The position numbers and the translations under genes were made by a program. DNA of 62,590 nucleotides from an uncultured Alphaproteobacteria bacterium (lineage in GTDB: Bacteria > Pseudomonadota > Alphaproteobacteria > JAAXGF01): assembly GCA_964645285.1 (NCBI GenBank), contig CAZYDR010000005.1, positions 1-62,590 on the forward strand, written 5' to 3'. Shown piece after piece: positions 26,953-36,870 of the stretch (its first letter is position 1; every line of letters starts with the position of its first letter). The notes under the pieces are model-generated. The model was not told where the DNA came from. It made no database searches and was given only the letters and a program-made list of their open reading frames with translations.

Positions 26953-29043
26953 ATGATGGCAAGTGATATGACCGACGACACCCCAGTCCTTGAAATTAAA
27001 AACCTGGGCATTTCCTATTTCGTGCGAGCCGGTGAAATCCCGGCGGTGCCCGATTTCTCACTGATCCTGAAGCGCGGCGATAGCTATGGGTTGGTGGGCG
27101 AATCCGGCTGCGGCAAGTCGACCGTGGCCATGGCCATCATGAACTATCTGGGCAACAACGGCGCTATCGTTCGCGGCAGTATCAAGTTCGAGGGCCGCGA
27201 CATGTCGGAGTTCTCGGAAGAAGAGATGCGCCAGCTTCGCGGCTCGCGGATCGCCATGGTTTACCAGGAGCCCATGAGCGCGCTCAATCCCAGCCTGACC
27301 CTGGGTCGCCAGCTCAAGGAAGTTCCCATCTTCCATGAAGGCGTGAGTAACGACGAGGCCCATACCCGCGCCATCGAAGTGCTGGGCGACGTCAACATGC
27401 CTGATGCGGAATCGGTCATGCAGCGCTATCCCCACCAGATTTCCGGTGGCCAGCAACAGCGCGTTGTCATCGCCATGGCGTTTCTCGCCAATCCGGCGTT
27501 GCTGCTACTCGATGAGCCGACGACGGCGCTTGATGTTACGGTCGAGGCGGCGGTCATCGACCTCATCGCGGATCTGCGAAAGAAGTACAACACCACCCTG
27601 ATCTACATCTCCCACAACCTCGGTCTGATCGTGAAGGTGTGCGACAAGCTGGGCGTCATGTATTCCGGCGAGATGATCGAGGAAGGTACCATTCATGAGG
27701 TGTTCAAGGAAACCAAGCATCCTTATACCTATGGTCTGTTCGACTGCATTCCCTCCCTGACCGCCGACAAACACGCCCGTACCCTGGCGCCGATTCCAGG
27801 CCAGGTCTCGTTGCCCCATGAACGGCCGCCGGGTTGCGCCTTCGGGCCTCGCTGTCGTTATTTCGAGCCCGGCACCTGCGACAGTGACCGCATCGACATC
27901 GAGAACGTCGGCCCAGGCGAACAACGGGTGCGCTGCCTGCGCTGGAACGAAATCGATCATAGCCCGGCAAAACCCGATGGTGATCTGGCCCAGAGCCGCA
28001 AACGCGTCCCCACCGAGGTGCTGCACATCGAGGGTATGGACAAGTTCTATGAACAACGAGACATGTCTCTCAAGGCGTTGATGTCCGGTGACTCACTGCG
28101 CCACATCAAAGCCAACGAGGACGTCAATTTTGGCGCCCGGCGGGGCCAGACCGTAGCCATTGTCGGCGAATCAGGCTGCGGCAAGTCGACCTTCGCCAAG
28201 GTCCTGACCGGCCTCGAGACGGCAACCAAGGGATCGATCAAGTTCAACTACGAGAACATCGCCGTTATCCCCGTCGAAGAGCGCGAAGACGACCTGATCC
28301 TCGCCCTTCAGATGGTGTTCCAGAACCCCGACGGCACCCTCAACCCGAGCCACAGCGTCGGCGGCGCCATCGGCCGGGTCATCAAGAAGTTCGGCCTCGC
28401 GTCCCGGCGCCGTGACGTCGATGCCCGGGTCGCCGAACTGCTCGACATCGTGCGCATGCCGGCGGAGTTTACCCGGCGCAAGCCACGCCAGCTTTCCGGT
28501 GGCCAGAAGCAGCGCATCGCCGTCGCCCGTGCCTTTGCCGGCAACCCGGCCATGGTTATTGCCGACGAGCCGGTATCTGCCCTCGACGTCTCGGTCCAGG
28601 CGGCGGTGATCAACCTGCTCATGGAAGTTCAGCAGAAGTACAACACGACGCTTCTGTTTATCAGTCATGACCTCAGCGTGGTGCGCTATCTGGCCGACAA
28701 CGTGGTTGTTATGTACCTCGGCCAGATCATGGAGACCGGTACGGCGGAGGAGATTTTCAGCCCGCCCTATCACCCCTATACCGAGGCCCTGCTGTCGGCG
28801 ATTCCCATTCCCGATCCTGACATCAAGCAGAAGCGGGTGCGTCTCGAAGGTGAAATTCCCAGTGTCATTGACCCGCCCAAGGGCTGCCGGTTCTCGACCC
28901 GCTGCCCGCGCCATCTGGGCGCGATCTGCGACAACGAACCGCCGCCCGATATAGATGCCGCGCCGGGACATCGGATCAAGTGCCATATTCCGCTTGAGGA
29001 TTTGCGCAAGGTCGAACCGATTTTCCAGACCGCAGCGGAATAA
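26953..29043 (+). CDS. Fused double ATP-binding protein of a Dpp/Opp-type ABC transporter (DppD-DppF fusion)
   Basis: Two complete cassettes: GESGCGKST twice, signature ISGGQQQR and LSGGQKQR, Walker B LLLLDEPT and VIADEPV, and C-terminal oligopeptide-type Cys-rich tails. Confidence 0.9.
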   Translation: MMASDMTDDTPVLEIKNLGISYFVRAGEIPAVPDFSLILKRGDSYGLVGESGCGKSTVAMAIMNYLGNNGAIVRGSIKFEGRDMSEFSEEEMRQLRGSRIAMVYQEPMSALNPSLTLGRQLKEVPIFHEGVSNDEAHTRAIEVLGDVNMPDAESVMQRYPHQISGGQQQRVVIAMAFLANPALLLLDEPTTALDVTVEAAVIDLIADLRKKYNTTLIYISHNLGLIVKVCDKLGVMYSGEMIEEGTIHEVFKETKHPYTYGLFDCIPSLTADKHARTLAPIPGQVSLPHERPPGCAFGPRCRYFEPGTCDSDRIDIENVGPGEQRVRCLRWNEIDHSPAKPDGDLAQSRKRVPTEVLHIEGMDKFYEQRDMSLKALMSGDSLRHIKANEDVNFGARRGQTVAIVGESGCGKSTFAKVLTGLETATKGSIKFNYENIAVIPVEEREDDLILALQMVFQNPDGTLNPSHSVGGAIGRVIKKFGLASRRRDVDARVAELLDIVRMPAEFTRRKPRQLSGGQKQRIAVARAFAGNPAMVIADEPVSALDVSVQAAVINLLMEVQQKYNTTLLFISHDLSVVRYLADNVVVMYLGQIMETGTAEEIFSPPYHPYTEALLSAIPIPDPDIKQKRVRLEGEIPSVIDPPKGCRFSTRCPRHLGAICDNEPPPDIDAAPGHRIKCHIPLEDLRKVEPIFQTAAE

Positions 29044-29121
29044 TTGCTCTTGCACTGAACCCCGATTCGGGTTCAAAACGTCGGCCTGACCGACCCCTCC
29101 GGGCCGGGCGGCGGAGAGACC

Positions 29122-30372
29122 ATGACCCGTTATTCGATCTTCAGCCTGCTGCGAGGCGCAAGGGAGTACCACGAGAACTGGCCCCGCGCCTGGCGCGCGC
29201 CTGAACTCAAGGATGCCTACGACGTGGTCATCATCGGCGGCGGCGGCCACGGCCTCGCCACCGCCTACTACCTGACGACCGAGCACGGCATCACCAATGT
29301 GGCGGTAATCGAAAAGGGCTGGATCGGCGGCGGTAACACTGGGCGCAACACCACCATCGTGCGGTCAAACTATCTGTGGGATGAAAGCGCCGCGATCTAC
29401 GAGAAATCCCTCAAGCTGTGGGAAGGCCTGTCCCAGGAGATCAACTACAACGTCATGTTCAGCCAGCGCGGCGTCATGAACCTGGCCCATAACCAGCACG
29501 ACCTGCGTGAGCTGTCGCGCCGGGTCAACGCCAACCGCCTCAACGGCGTCGATTCCGAGGTTCTCACCCCGGCGGAAATCAAGGCTTTTTGCCCGATTTT
29601 GAACACCTCGCCCAAGGCGCGTTATCCGGTGCTCGGCGCCTCGCTGCAACGGCGCGGCGGCGTCGCCCGTCATGATGCGGTGGCCTGGGGTTTCGCCCGC
29701 GGCGCCGATGCCCGGGGCGTCGATATTATCCAGAACTGCGAAGTCACCGGCATTCGCCGCGAGGGCGGCCGGGTCACCGGTGTCGAGACCTCGAAAGGCT
29801 TCATTAAGGCCGGCAAGGTGGCGTCAGCCACGGCCGGCCATACCAGCATCACCGCCGCCATGGTCGATTTGCGCCTGCCGATCGAAAGCCATCCGCTCCA
29901 GGCCCTGGTTTCCGAGCCGATCAAACCGATCCTCGACACGGTGGTGATGTCGGGCTCGGTGCATGTCTATATCAGCCAGTCGGATCGCGGCGAACTGGTC
30001 ATGGGCGCCGGCATCGACCATCACCTATCCTACGCCCAGCGCAGTGGCCTGCATACGGTGGAGGAGATGATGGCGTCGGTTATCGAACTCATCCCCATCA
30101 CCAGCCGCCTGCGCATGATGCGCCAGTGGGCCGGCATTGTTGATACCTGCCCCGACGCCAGCCCCCTGGTGTGCAAGACCCCGGTGGACGGCTTCTACGT
30201 CAACGGCGGCTGGGGCACCGGTGGTTTCAAGTCGACGCCGGGCTCGGGCTGGGCCTACGCCTACACCATCGCCCGCGACCAGCCTCACGAACTCAATGCC
30301 CCGTTCAACCTGGAGCGCTTCTCCACCGGCGCCCTGATCGACGAGCACGGCGCCGCCGCCGTGGCGCACTAG
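29122..30372 (+). CDS. soxB: Sarcosine oxidase subunit beta
   Basis: 416 aa. [19 protein letters not shown] and the ...GGWGTGGFK region, followed by delta, alpha and gamma subunits in canonical order. Confidence 0.9.
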   Translation: MTRYSIFSLLRGAREYHENWPRAWRAPELKDAYDVVIIGGGGHGLATAYYLTTEHGITNVAVIEKGWIGGGNTGRNTTIVRSNYLWDESAAIYEKSLKLWEGLSQEINYNVMFSQRGVMNLAHNQHDLRELSRRVNANRLNGVDSEVLTPAEIKAFCPILNTSPKARYPVLGASLQRRGGVARHDAVAWGFARGADARGVDIIQNCEVTGIRREGGRVTGVETSKGFIKAGKVASATAGHTSITAAMVDLRLPIESHPLQALVSEPIKPILDTVVMSGSVHVYISQSDRGELVMGAGIDHHLSYAQRSGLHTVEEMMASVIELIPITSRLRMMRQWAGIVDTCPDASPLVCKTPVDGFYVNGGWGTGGFKSTPGSGWAYAYTIARDQPHELNAPFNLERFSTGALIDEHGAAAVAH

Positions 30373-30387
30373 GGAGAAGACGCAGCC

Positions 30388-30669
30388 ATGTTGTATATCC
30401 CCTGCCCCTGGTGCGGTGCCCGCGACGAGGTCGAGTTCGCCTATGGCGGCGAGGCCCATATCGCACGGCCCAAGACCCCGGCCAAACTCGACGACGACGG
30501 CTGGCGCGAATATCTGTTCAACCGTACCAACACCAAGGGCCGCCACCGGGAGCGCTGGATGCACGCCAACGGCTGCCGGCGCTGGTTCAATATCGAGCGC
30601 GACACGGTGTCCCACGAGATCATCGCGGTCTACGAGATGGGTAAGAAGCCGCCCAAGGACGCAGAATGA
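30388..30669 (+). CDS. soxD: Sarcosine oxidase subunit delta
   Basis: 93 aa. MLYIPCPWCGARDEVEFAYGGEAHIARP...RWMHANGCRRWFN (zinc-binding Cys pattern). Confidence 0.9.
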   Translation: MLYIPCPWCGARDEVEFAYGGEAHIARPKTPAKLDDDGWREYLFNRTNTKGRHRERWMHANGCRRWFNIERDTVSHEIIAVYEMGKKPPKDAE

Positions 30670-30685
30670 CCCCGGAGGGCAAGTC

Positions 30686-33600
30686 GTGACAGGCCAAAAC
30701 CAGCGCCTGGCCGAGGGCGGTCGCATCGACCGTGATCAGCGCCTCGCCTTCACCTTCAATGGCCGGCGCTACATCGGCCACCACGGTGATACCCTGGCCT
30801 CGGCATTGCTCGCCAACGGCGTAACCCTGGTCGCGCGCAGTTTCAAATATCACCGGCCCCGCGGCATCCTCAGCGCCGGCGCCGAGGAGCCCAACGCCCT
30901 GATTCAGCTTGGCGACGGCGCCCGTACCGAGCCCAATCTGCGGGCGACTCAGGTCGAGATCTACGACGGTCTCGAGGCCTCCAGCGTTAACTGCTGGCCG
31001 AGCCTCGATATGGACGTCGGTGTGGTCAACGGCTGGATATCGCGCCTGCTGCCCGCCGGGTTCTACTACAAAACCTTCATGTGGCCGGTATCAATGTGGC
31101 CGTGGTACGAACACGTCATCCGCCATGCCGCCGGCATGGGCCGGGCGCCCGAGGCCAAGGACCCGGACCGCTACGATCATCGTCATATCCATTGCGACGT
31201 GCTGGTCGCTGGCGGCGGACCCGCCGGCCTGGCCGCCGCCCTGGCCGCGGGACGCAGCAGCGCCCGGGTCATCATCGCCGACGAACAGGCGGAGATGGGC
31301 GGCGCCCTGCTTGGCGCCCGCGATGAGATCGACGGCGCTCCTGCCGCCGAATGGATCGCCGCGACGCTTGCCGAACTGGCGGCCCTGGACGACGTCCGCC
31401 GGCTGCCCCGCGCCACCGTGTTCGGCTATTACGACCACAACCACCTGGGCATTGCCGAGCGCGTCACCGACCATCTCGGACCCACGGCGCCCAGCGAGCT
31501 GCCGCGCCAGCGCCTGTGGAAAGTGCGCGCCAAGCAGGTCGTCCTGGCCACTGGCGCCCATGAGCGCCCCCTGGTCTTCGCCAACAACGACCGGCCCGGC
31601 GTCATGCTGGCCGCGGCCGCGCGCACCTACGTCAACCGCTACGGGGTCAAGCCGGGCAACCGGGCGGTTGTGGTGACCAACAACGACAGCGCCTACGAAA
31701 CCGCCTTGGATCTGGCCGCCAGTGGCGTCGTCATCGCCGCCCTCGCCGATCTGCGGCCGGACCCCGGCGGACCGGTGGTTGATCGGGTGCGGGAACAGGG
31801 TATCGAAATCCTGCCCGGCCGCGCCATCGTCGATGTCCAGGGCGGCCGCCGCATCGAGGCGGTCGAGGTCGGCCAGATCAACGACGACGCCAGCGGCGTC
31901 ATCGGCACACCGCGCCGCATTCCCTGTGATCTGGTCTGTATGTCCGGCGGCTGGAACCCGGCGGTTCATCTGTTTTCCCAATCCCGCGGCAAGCTCCGAT
32001 TCGACTCCGAGCTGGCCTGTTTCCTGCCTAAATCGTCGATCCAGGCCGTGGATTCCGCCGGCGCCTGCAACGGTGCGGCCGATCTCGGTGATTGCCTCGA
32101 ACAGGGTCTAGCCGCCGGTACCGAGGCCGCCAAAGCAGCCGGCCATAGCAAAGCCAAGACGCCCAAGACACCGGCTACAAGCGATAGCAGCAGCGGCGCG
32201 ATCCACGCCGTCTGGCAGGTTCCCGGCACCCCGGCGCGAGCCCGGGGCGACAAGCATTTCGTCGATATCCAGAACGACGTTACCGCCGCCGACCTCGCCC
32301 TGGCATCCCGCGAAGGCTACCAGTCGATCGAGCATCTCAAACGCTACACCTCCATCGGCATGGGCACCGACCAGGGCAAGACCAGCAACGTCAACGCCCT
32401 AGCGATCCTGGCGCAGACTACCGGCGAGGCGGTCGGCGCCACCGGTACCACCACCTTCCGCCCGCCCTATACGCCGGTGGGCTACGGCATGCTCGGCGGG
32501 CGCAATGTGGATCATCTGTTCGATCCGGTGCGGCACACCGCCATGCACGACTGGCACGTTTCCATTGGCGCCGTGTTCGAGGATGTCGGCCAGTGGAGGC
32601 GGCCGTGGTACTACCCGCGCGGCGACGAGGCCATGGCCGAGGCGGTCAACCGGGAATGCCTGGCGGTGCGTCACGGCCTCGGCATCATGGACGCCTCGAC
32701 CCTCGGCAAGATCGATATTCAGGGCCCTGACGCCTGTGAATTCCTCAACCGCGTCTACACCAACGCCTGGGACAGCCTGGCCGTGGGCCGCAGCCGCTAC
32801 GGTTTCATGCTGGGCGACGACGGCATGGTGTTCGACGACGGCGTGACCTCGCGGCTCGGCGAGAACCACTACCTCATGACCACCACAACGGGCGGCGCGG
32901 CGCGGGTCATGGCCTGGCTCGAAGAGTGGTCGCAGACCGAATGGCCCCGGCTCAAGGTCTATTTCACCTCGGTCACCACCCAGTATTCGGTGGCGGCAAT
33001 CCAGGGGCCCCGCGCCCGTGATCTGATGGCCGACCTGTGCCACGACATCGACCTGTCGCGAGAGGCCTTCCCGTTCATGGCATGGCGCGAGGGCACCGTG
33101 GCCGGCATCCCGGCGCGGGTCATCCGGGTGAGTTTTTCCGGCGAGCTGTCCTACGAAATCAACGTCGCCTCGACCTACGCCACCGCGCTGTGGCAAACCC
33201 TGATGACCGCCGGCGCCAAATACGACATCACCCCCTACGGCACCGAGGCCATGCATATCCTGCGCGCCGAGAAGGGTTTCGTGGTAGTCGGTCACGACAC
33301 CGACGGCACGGTCACACCGGGCGATCTCGGCATGGACTGGATCGTCTCGAAAAAGAAGAAGGACTTCATCGGCAAGCGCGCCTTGTCACGACCCGATACC
33401 CTACGCAACGACCGCAAGCAACTGGTCGGCCTGCTGACCAAGAACCCGGAGGCGGTGGTGCCCGAAGGGGCGCAAATCGTCTCGGAAGTCTGGCCCAAGC
33501 CGCCCATGCCCATGGAGGGCTTTATCACGTCAAGCTATTGGAGCGCGGCTCTGGGCCACTCCATCGCCATGGCCATGTTGGAGCGCGGCCACGACCGCCA

Positions 33601-33700
33601 TGGCGAAATGGTCAATATTTCGCTGCAAGATCGCATCGTTCGTGCCAAGGTCACCGCGCCGCAATTCTACGACCTCGATGGGGAGAAGATTCGTGCCTGA
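30686..33700 (+). CDS. soxA: Sarcosine oxidase subunit alpha
   Basis: GTG 30686 lies after GGAGGG. LAFTFNGRRYIGHHGDTLASALLANGV, CDVLVAGGGPAGLAAAL, and a C-terminal aminomethyltransferase/folate-binding-like domain (GLGIMDASTLGKIDIQGPDA). Confidence 0.9.
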   Translation: MTGQNQRLAEGGRIDRDQRLAFTFNGRRYIGHHGDTLASALLANGVTLVARSFKYHRPRGILSAGAEEPNALIQLGDGARTEPNLRATQVEIYDGLEASSVNCWPSLDMDVGVVNGWISRLLPAGFYYKTFMWPVSMWPWYEHVIRHAAGMGRAPEAKDPDRYDHRHIHCDVLVAGGGPAGLAAALAAGRSSARVIIADEQAEMGGALLGARDEIDGAPAAEWIAATLAELAALDDVRRLPRATVFGYYDHNHLGIAERVTDHLGPTAPSELPRQRLWKVRAKQVVLATGAHERPLVFANNDRPGVMLAAAARTYVNRYGVKPGNRAVVVTNNDSAYETALDLAASGVVIAALADLRPDPGGPVVDRVREQGIEILPGRAIVDVQGGRRIEAVEVGQINDDASGVIGTPRRIPCDLVCMSGGWNPAVHLFSQSRGKLRFDSELACFLPKSSIQAVDSAGACNGAADLGDCLEQGLAAGTEAAKAAGHSKAKTPKTPATSDSSSGAIHAVWQVPGTPARARGDKHFVDIQNDVTAADLALASREGYQSIEHLKRYTSIGMGTDQGKTSNVNALAILAQTTGEAVGATGTTTFRPPYTPVGYGMLGGRNVDHLFDPVRHTAMHDWHVSIGAVFEDVGQWRRPWYYPRGDEAMAEAVNRECLAVRHGLGIMDASTLGKIDIQGPDACEFLNRVYTNAWDSLAVGRSRYGFMLGDDGMVFDDGVTSRLGENHYLMTTTTGGAARVMAWLEEWSQTEWPRLKVYFTSVTTQYSVAAIQGPRARDLMADLCHDIDLSREAFPFMAWREGTVAGIPARVIRVSFSGELSYEINVASTYATALWQTLMTAGAKYDITPYGTEAMHILRAEKGFVVVGHDTDGTVTPGDLGMDWIVSKKKKDFIGKRALSRPDTLRNDRKQLVGLLTKNPEAVVPEGAQIVSEVWPKPPMPMEGFITSSYWSAALGHSIAMAMLERGHDRHGEMVNISLQDRIVRAKVTAPQFYDLDGEKIRA

Positions 33701-34301
33701 AGCCTACCAACGCCAGGGCGTGCTCGATCATCACCACCTGGACGCTCGCATTACCGATAGCCGGGGCGATGCCGGCATCGCTCTCTGTGAGCGTCGTTTC
33801 CGGGCCAAGATCAACCTGCGGGGTAAGCCGGCCAAGCCGTTCCTCGACGCGGTCACCGAGGCCCTCGGCGTATCGCCGCCGAAGACGCCCAACACCACGG
33901 CCAGCGCCAAGGATGTAACGGCCTTGTGGCTCGGCCCCGACGAATGGCTGGTGGTCGGCGCGCCCGGGAGTGAGGACGGCCTCGCCGCCAGCCTGCGCAC
34001 GGCCCTCGACGGACAGCATTATTCCGTTACCGACGTCACCGAGGGCCGCACCATCATCGGTCTCAGCGGCCCCCATGCCCGCGACGTGCTTATGAAAGGC
34101 TGCCCCATCGACATCCACCCGCGCGAGTTTAAAACCGGCGACTGCGCCCAAAGTACCCTGGCCAAGGCGAACATGATTTTGCACCAGACATCGAACGACC
34201 CGAGTTACGACATCTACGTTGAACGCAGCTTTGCCAGCTACCTGTGGGACTGGCTCGAGGACGCATCCCTCGAGTACGGTCTCGCTGTGGTTCGGGGGTG
34301 A
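33693..34301 (+). CDS. soxG: Sarcosine oxidase subunit gamma
   Basis: GTG 33693 overlaps the end of soxA. About 200 aa with ..ALWLGPDEWLVV...TIIGLSGPHARDVL..., typical SoxG. Confidence 0.8.
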   Translation: MPEAYQRQGVLDHHHLDARITDSRGDAGIALCERRFRAKINLRGKPAKPFLDAVTEALGVSPPKTPNTTASAKDVTALWLGPDEWLVVGAPGSEDGLAASLRTALDGQHYSVTDVTEGRTIIGLSGPHARDVLMKGCPIDIHPREFKTGDCAQSTLAKANMILHQTSNDPSYDIYVERSFASYLWDWLEDASLEYGLAVVRG

Positions 34302-35427
34302 CGGTTCACGGTTCCGCCAAGGCGCGTTTCGCCGCTATTCGTGAGGCTTTTGAAACTAATCTGGAAAGCGGGCTCGACCAGGGCGCAACCTTCGCCGTGG
34401 TTTACCAGGGCCATGTGGTGGTCGATTTATTGGCGGCCACGCCGACGAGGCCGGCGAGAAGCCCTGGACGCGGAATACCCTTACCAATGTCTGGTCGACG
34501 ACAAAGGGCGTCGCGTCGCTCGCCATCGCCATGCTGGTCGACCGCGACGTGCTCGATTACGAGGCTCCGGTGGCCGAGTACTGGCCGGAATTCGCCGCTA
34601 ACGGCAAACAGGACGTCACCCTCGGCTGCCTGATGTCGCACCAGGCTGGCCTGCCCGGCAGCGACCAGTCGATGACCATGGAGGACATCTACAGCTGGCA
34701 CCCTTTTGCCGAAAGTCTCGGGGCCATGACGCCCTTGTGACCGCCAGGCAGCGCCGCCGCCTACCACCCGATCAGCCACGGCCATCTCGCCGGAGAGGTG
34801 CTGCGGCGCGTCGATGGCCGCACCATAGGCGCCTTCGTGGCCGAGGAAATTGCTGGGTCCCTGGGCATTGATTTTTTCATCGGTCTGCCCGAAGCCGAGG
34901 ACAGCCGCGCCGGCGAAATCATCGTCGGCCCCGGAACCACGGATTCCATTGCCGAGGCGGAGGACCGACCCCTGGCCCGGGTCGGCTATCTCAATCTCCG
35001 GTTCCCGGTGGATATCCCCAACCAGCGCGTCTGGCGGGCCGCCGAGATTCCCGCCGCCAACGGCTATGGCGATGTCCGCGGCCTGGCGAAACTCTACGGC
35101 GCTCTCGCCCAGGGCGGCGTACTCGACCGCGTTCGCCTGCTGGGACGCGGCGCCCTGGGCGCGGCTACGGAGGAGCGCTTCCCCGGCAACGAGGCCGGGT
35201 TCGACCGGCCCATGGCTTTCGGCGCCGGTTTCATGCCCAACGTCGCTCACGAGTTCAGGCCATCCGACATTGCCTTCGGTCACAGCGGCTGGGGCGGCTC
35301 CTTCGCCTACGCCGACCCGGACGCTGCTCTCGGCGTGGCCTATGTCATGAACCGCATGCTCGGCTTCGGCGACCGCCCCGACCCGCGCCGCCTCGGCCTG
35401 CTCAACGCGCTTTACAGCGCGCTTTAA
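34298..35427 (+). pseudogene. Beta-lactamase-related serine hydrolase (EstB/class-C-like esterase), disrupted
   Basis: Three collinear pieces: frame 2 (GTG 34298 ...VVYQGHVVVDL), then frame 1 from ~34432 (GGHADEAGEKPWTRNTLTNVWSTTKGVASLAIAMLVDRD..., S-x-x-K motif STTK), then TGA 34738-34740 inside ..MTPL*PPGSAAAYHPISHGHLAGEVLRRV.. where the family has Trp. The C-terminus contains GHSGWGGS. Confidence 0.7.
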
Positions 35428-36857
35428 GTGCCGCCCGGCACCGGGGTGTAGCCGAAGGTTTCCATTCGGCGCACCGCCGCTTCACCGCCCAGCGCCGCGA
35501 TCTTTTCCACCTGTTCCGCAAAGGCCCGGGCGTTGACCGCGTCCGGATCGACCACCGTGCGAAGCGCGGCTTCGCATTCGGCGCGAACCCCGGCGTGATC
35601 CGGGCTGGTTCCCAGATCAACCAGTTCATCCGGGTCGGCGGACAGATCGAACAGCTGCGGGTCATAACCGGCGTAGTGGATGTATTTCCAATGGCCGTGG
35701 CGGATCATGAAGAAGCCGGTGATCGAACCACCGTCGTGGTATTCGCTGAGCACCGTGCGCTCGGGCCGATAACCGCCGGCCATACGGACCAGGGAATCGC
35801 CCGGCAGGGTCTGCTCATGGTCGTTCAAGGTGGCGCCGACGCCTTCGACCACGGTCGGGTAGATATCGACCAGGGAGACCGGCGCATCAACGGTTTCGCC
35901 GGCCGGCACGTCGGGCCCGCTGACAATCATCGGCACGCCGACTGAGTCCTCATACATGTAGGATTTAGCCCACAGGCCGTGATTGCCGATCATGTCGCCG
36001 TGGTCCGAGGTATAGATTACCGTGGTCTCGTCGCTCAGACCGGCCTCTCCCAGGGCGCCGAGCACCGCGCCGACGTTGTCGTCGAGGAACGAGGTCAGGC
36101 CGTAGTAGCCGGCCCTCGCCTGGCGCATGCGTTGCTCATTAAAATGATCCTGGTAGTTCATGCTGGCCGACAGCGCCGCCACCACCGGATGGTCGTGGCG
36201 GGCATTGGCGTCGATGGGCGGGTCAATATCTTCAAGCGGGTAGAGGGCGTGAAACGCGGCCGGCGCGACAAGCGGAAAATGCGGGCTGACGAAAGACACG
36301 AACAGCACCCAGGGCTTGTCCCCATGACGCGGTGCCTGATCCCGCAGCCAGGCACAGGCGCCATCACGGATGTTGCGGTCATAGGCGGTGTAGGTGGTCT
36401 CCCCGGCCCCGGTCTCAGCGGCGTATTCCGGGGTCTGGTCGTCGACCTCCAGTTCGCGGCGCAGCATGGCGGTAACCCAGCCCATGCCGTTGAGCAAATG
36501 CATGGGCAGAATTTCTTCATCGAAGCCGTTGGGGTCGTTGGTGTCGCGGTAGTGAAGCTTGCCGATGGACACCACCCGATGACCTTCGGCCATGAGCCGG
36601 TGGCCCCAACTGGACACATGGCCGGTATAGGGCTCGCCACTGCTCCAACAGCCTGTGTCGTGAACGTAGCGGCCGGTGGCCAGGCTGGCTCGCGCCGGCA
36701 CGCAGATCGGCGAGTTGGTATAGGCGCTGGTGAACCGCGTGCCACCGGCCGCCATGGCGTCGAGGTTGGGCGTCTTGACCAGGGGGTGGCCGGAACAGCC
36801 CATGACCCGCGGCGTGTGTTCGTCGGAACACAGAATTAGTACGTTGTTTCCGGCCAT
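35424..36857 (-). CDS. Sulfatase (formylglycine-dependent, arylsulfatase/choline-sulfatase superfamily)
   Basis: ATG 36857 lies after GGAGG. NVLILCSDEH..., C-x-P-x-R motif SPICVPARASLATGR, ..YTSDHGD... The stop overlaps the convergent hydrolase stop (TTAA). Confidence 0.85.
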   Translation of the reverse strand: MAGNNVLILCSDEHTPRVMGCSGHPLVKTPNLDAMAAGGTRFTSAYTNSPICVPARASLATGRYVHDTGCWSSGEPYTGHVSSWGHRLMAEGHRVVSIGKLHYRDTNDPNGFDEEILPMHLLNGMGWVTAMLRRELEVDDQTPEYAAETGAGETTYTAYDRNIRDGACAWLRDQAPRHGDKPWVLFVSFVSPHFPLVAPAAFHALYPLEDIDPPIDANARHDHPVVAALSASMNYQDHFNEQRMRQARAGYYGLTSFLDDNVGAVLGALGEAGLSDETTVIYTSDHGDMIGNHGLWAKSYMYEDSVGVPMIVSGPDVPAGETVDAPVSLVDIYPTVVEGVGATLNDHEQTLPGDSLVRMAGGYRPERTVLSEYHDGGSITGFFMIRHGHWKYIHYAGYDPQLFDLSADPDELVDLGTSPDHAGVRAECEAALRTVVDPDAVNARAFAEQVEKIAALGGEAAVRRMETFGYTPVPGGT

Positions 36858-36870
36858 GGCGCGCCTCCAA

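Noticed and set aside
29056-29075. Hairpin TGAACCC-CGATTC-GGGTTCA after the ABC ATPase gene, considered as a terminator.
   Set aside because: The stem is short (7 bp) and is followed by AAAACG rather than a U-tract on the coding strand. That is not enough for a terminator call.
30416-30685. N-terminal 90-codon extension of the soxA ORF.
   Set aside because: It overlaps soxD in a different frame and translates to low-complexity sequence. GTG 30686 has an SD (GGAGGG) and yields the conserved SoxA N-terminus.
4402-34740. Reading the in-frame TAA (4402), TAG (6103) and TGA (34738) as recoding events: pyrrolysine, selenocysteine, UGA=Trp or programmed read-through.
   Set aside because: TGA, TAG and TAA all serve as ordinary terminators of clearly complete genes in this window (for example alaS TGA, icd TAG, DUF1127 TAA). 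The MttB homologue, the classic Pyl gene, has no internal TAG. No pyl or sel genes or SECIS-like context are seen. The same genes or their neighbours also carry frameshifts, so nonsense mutation is the simpler reading.
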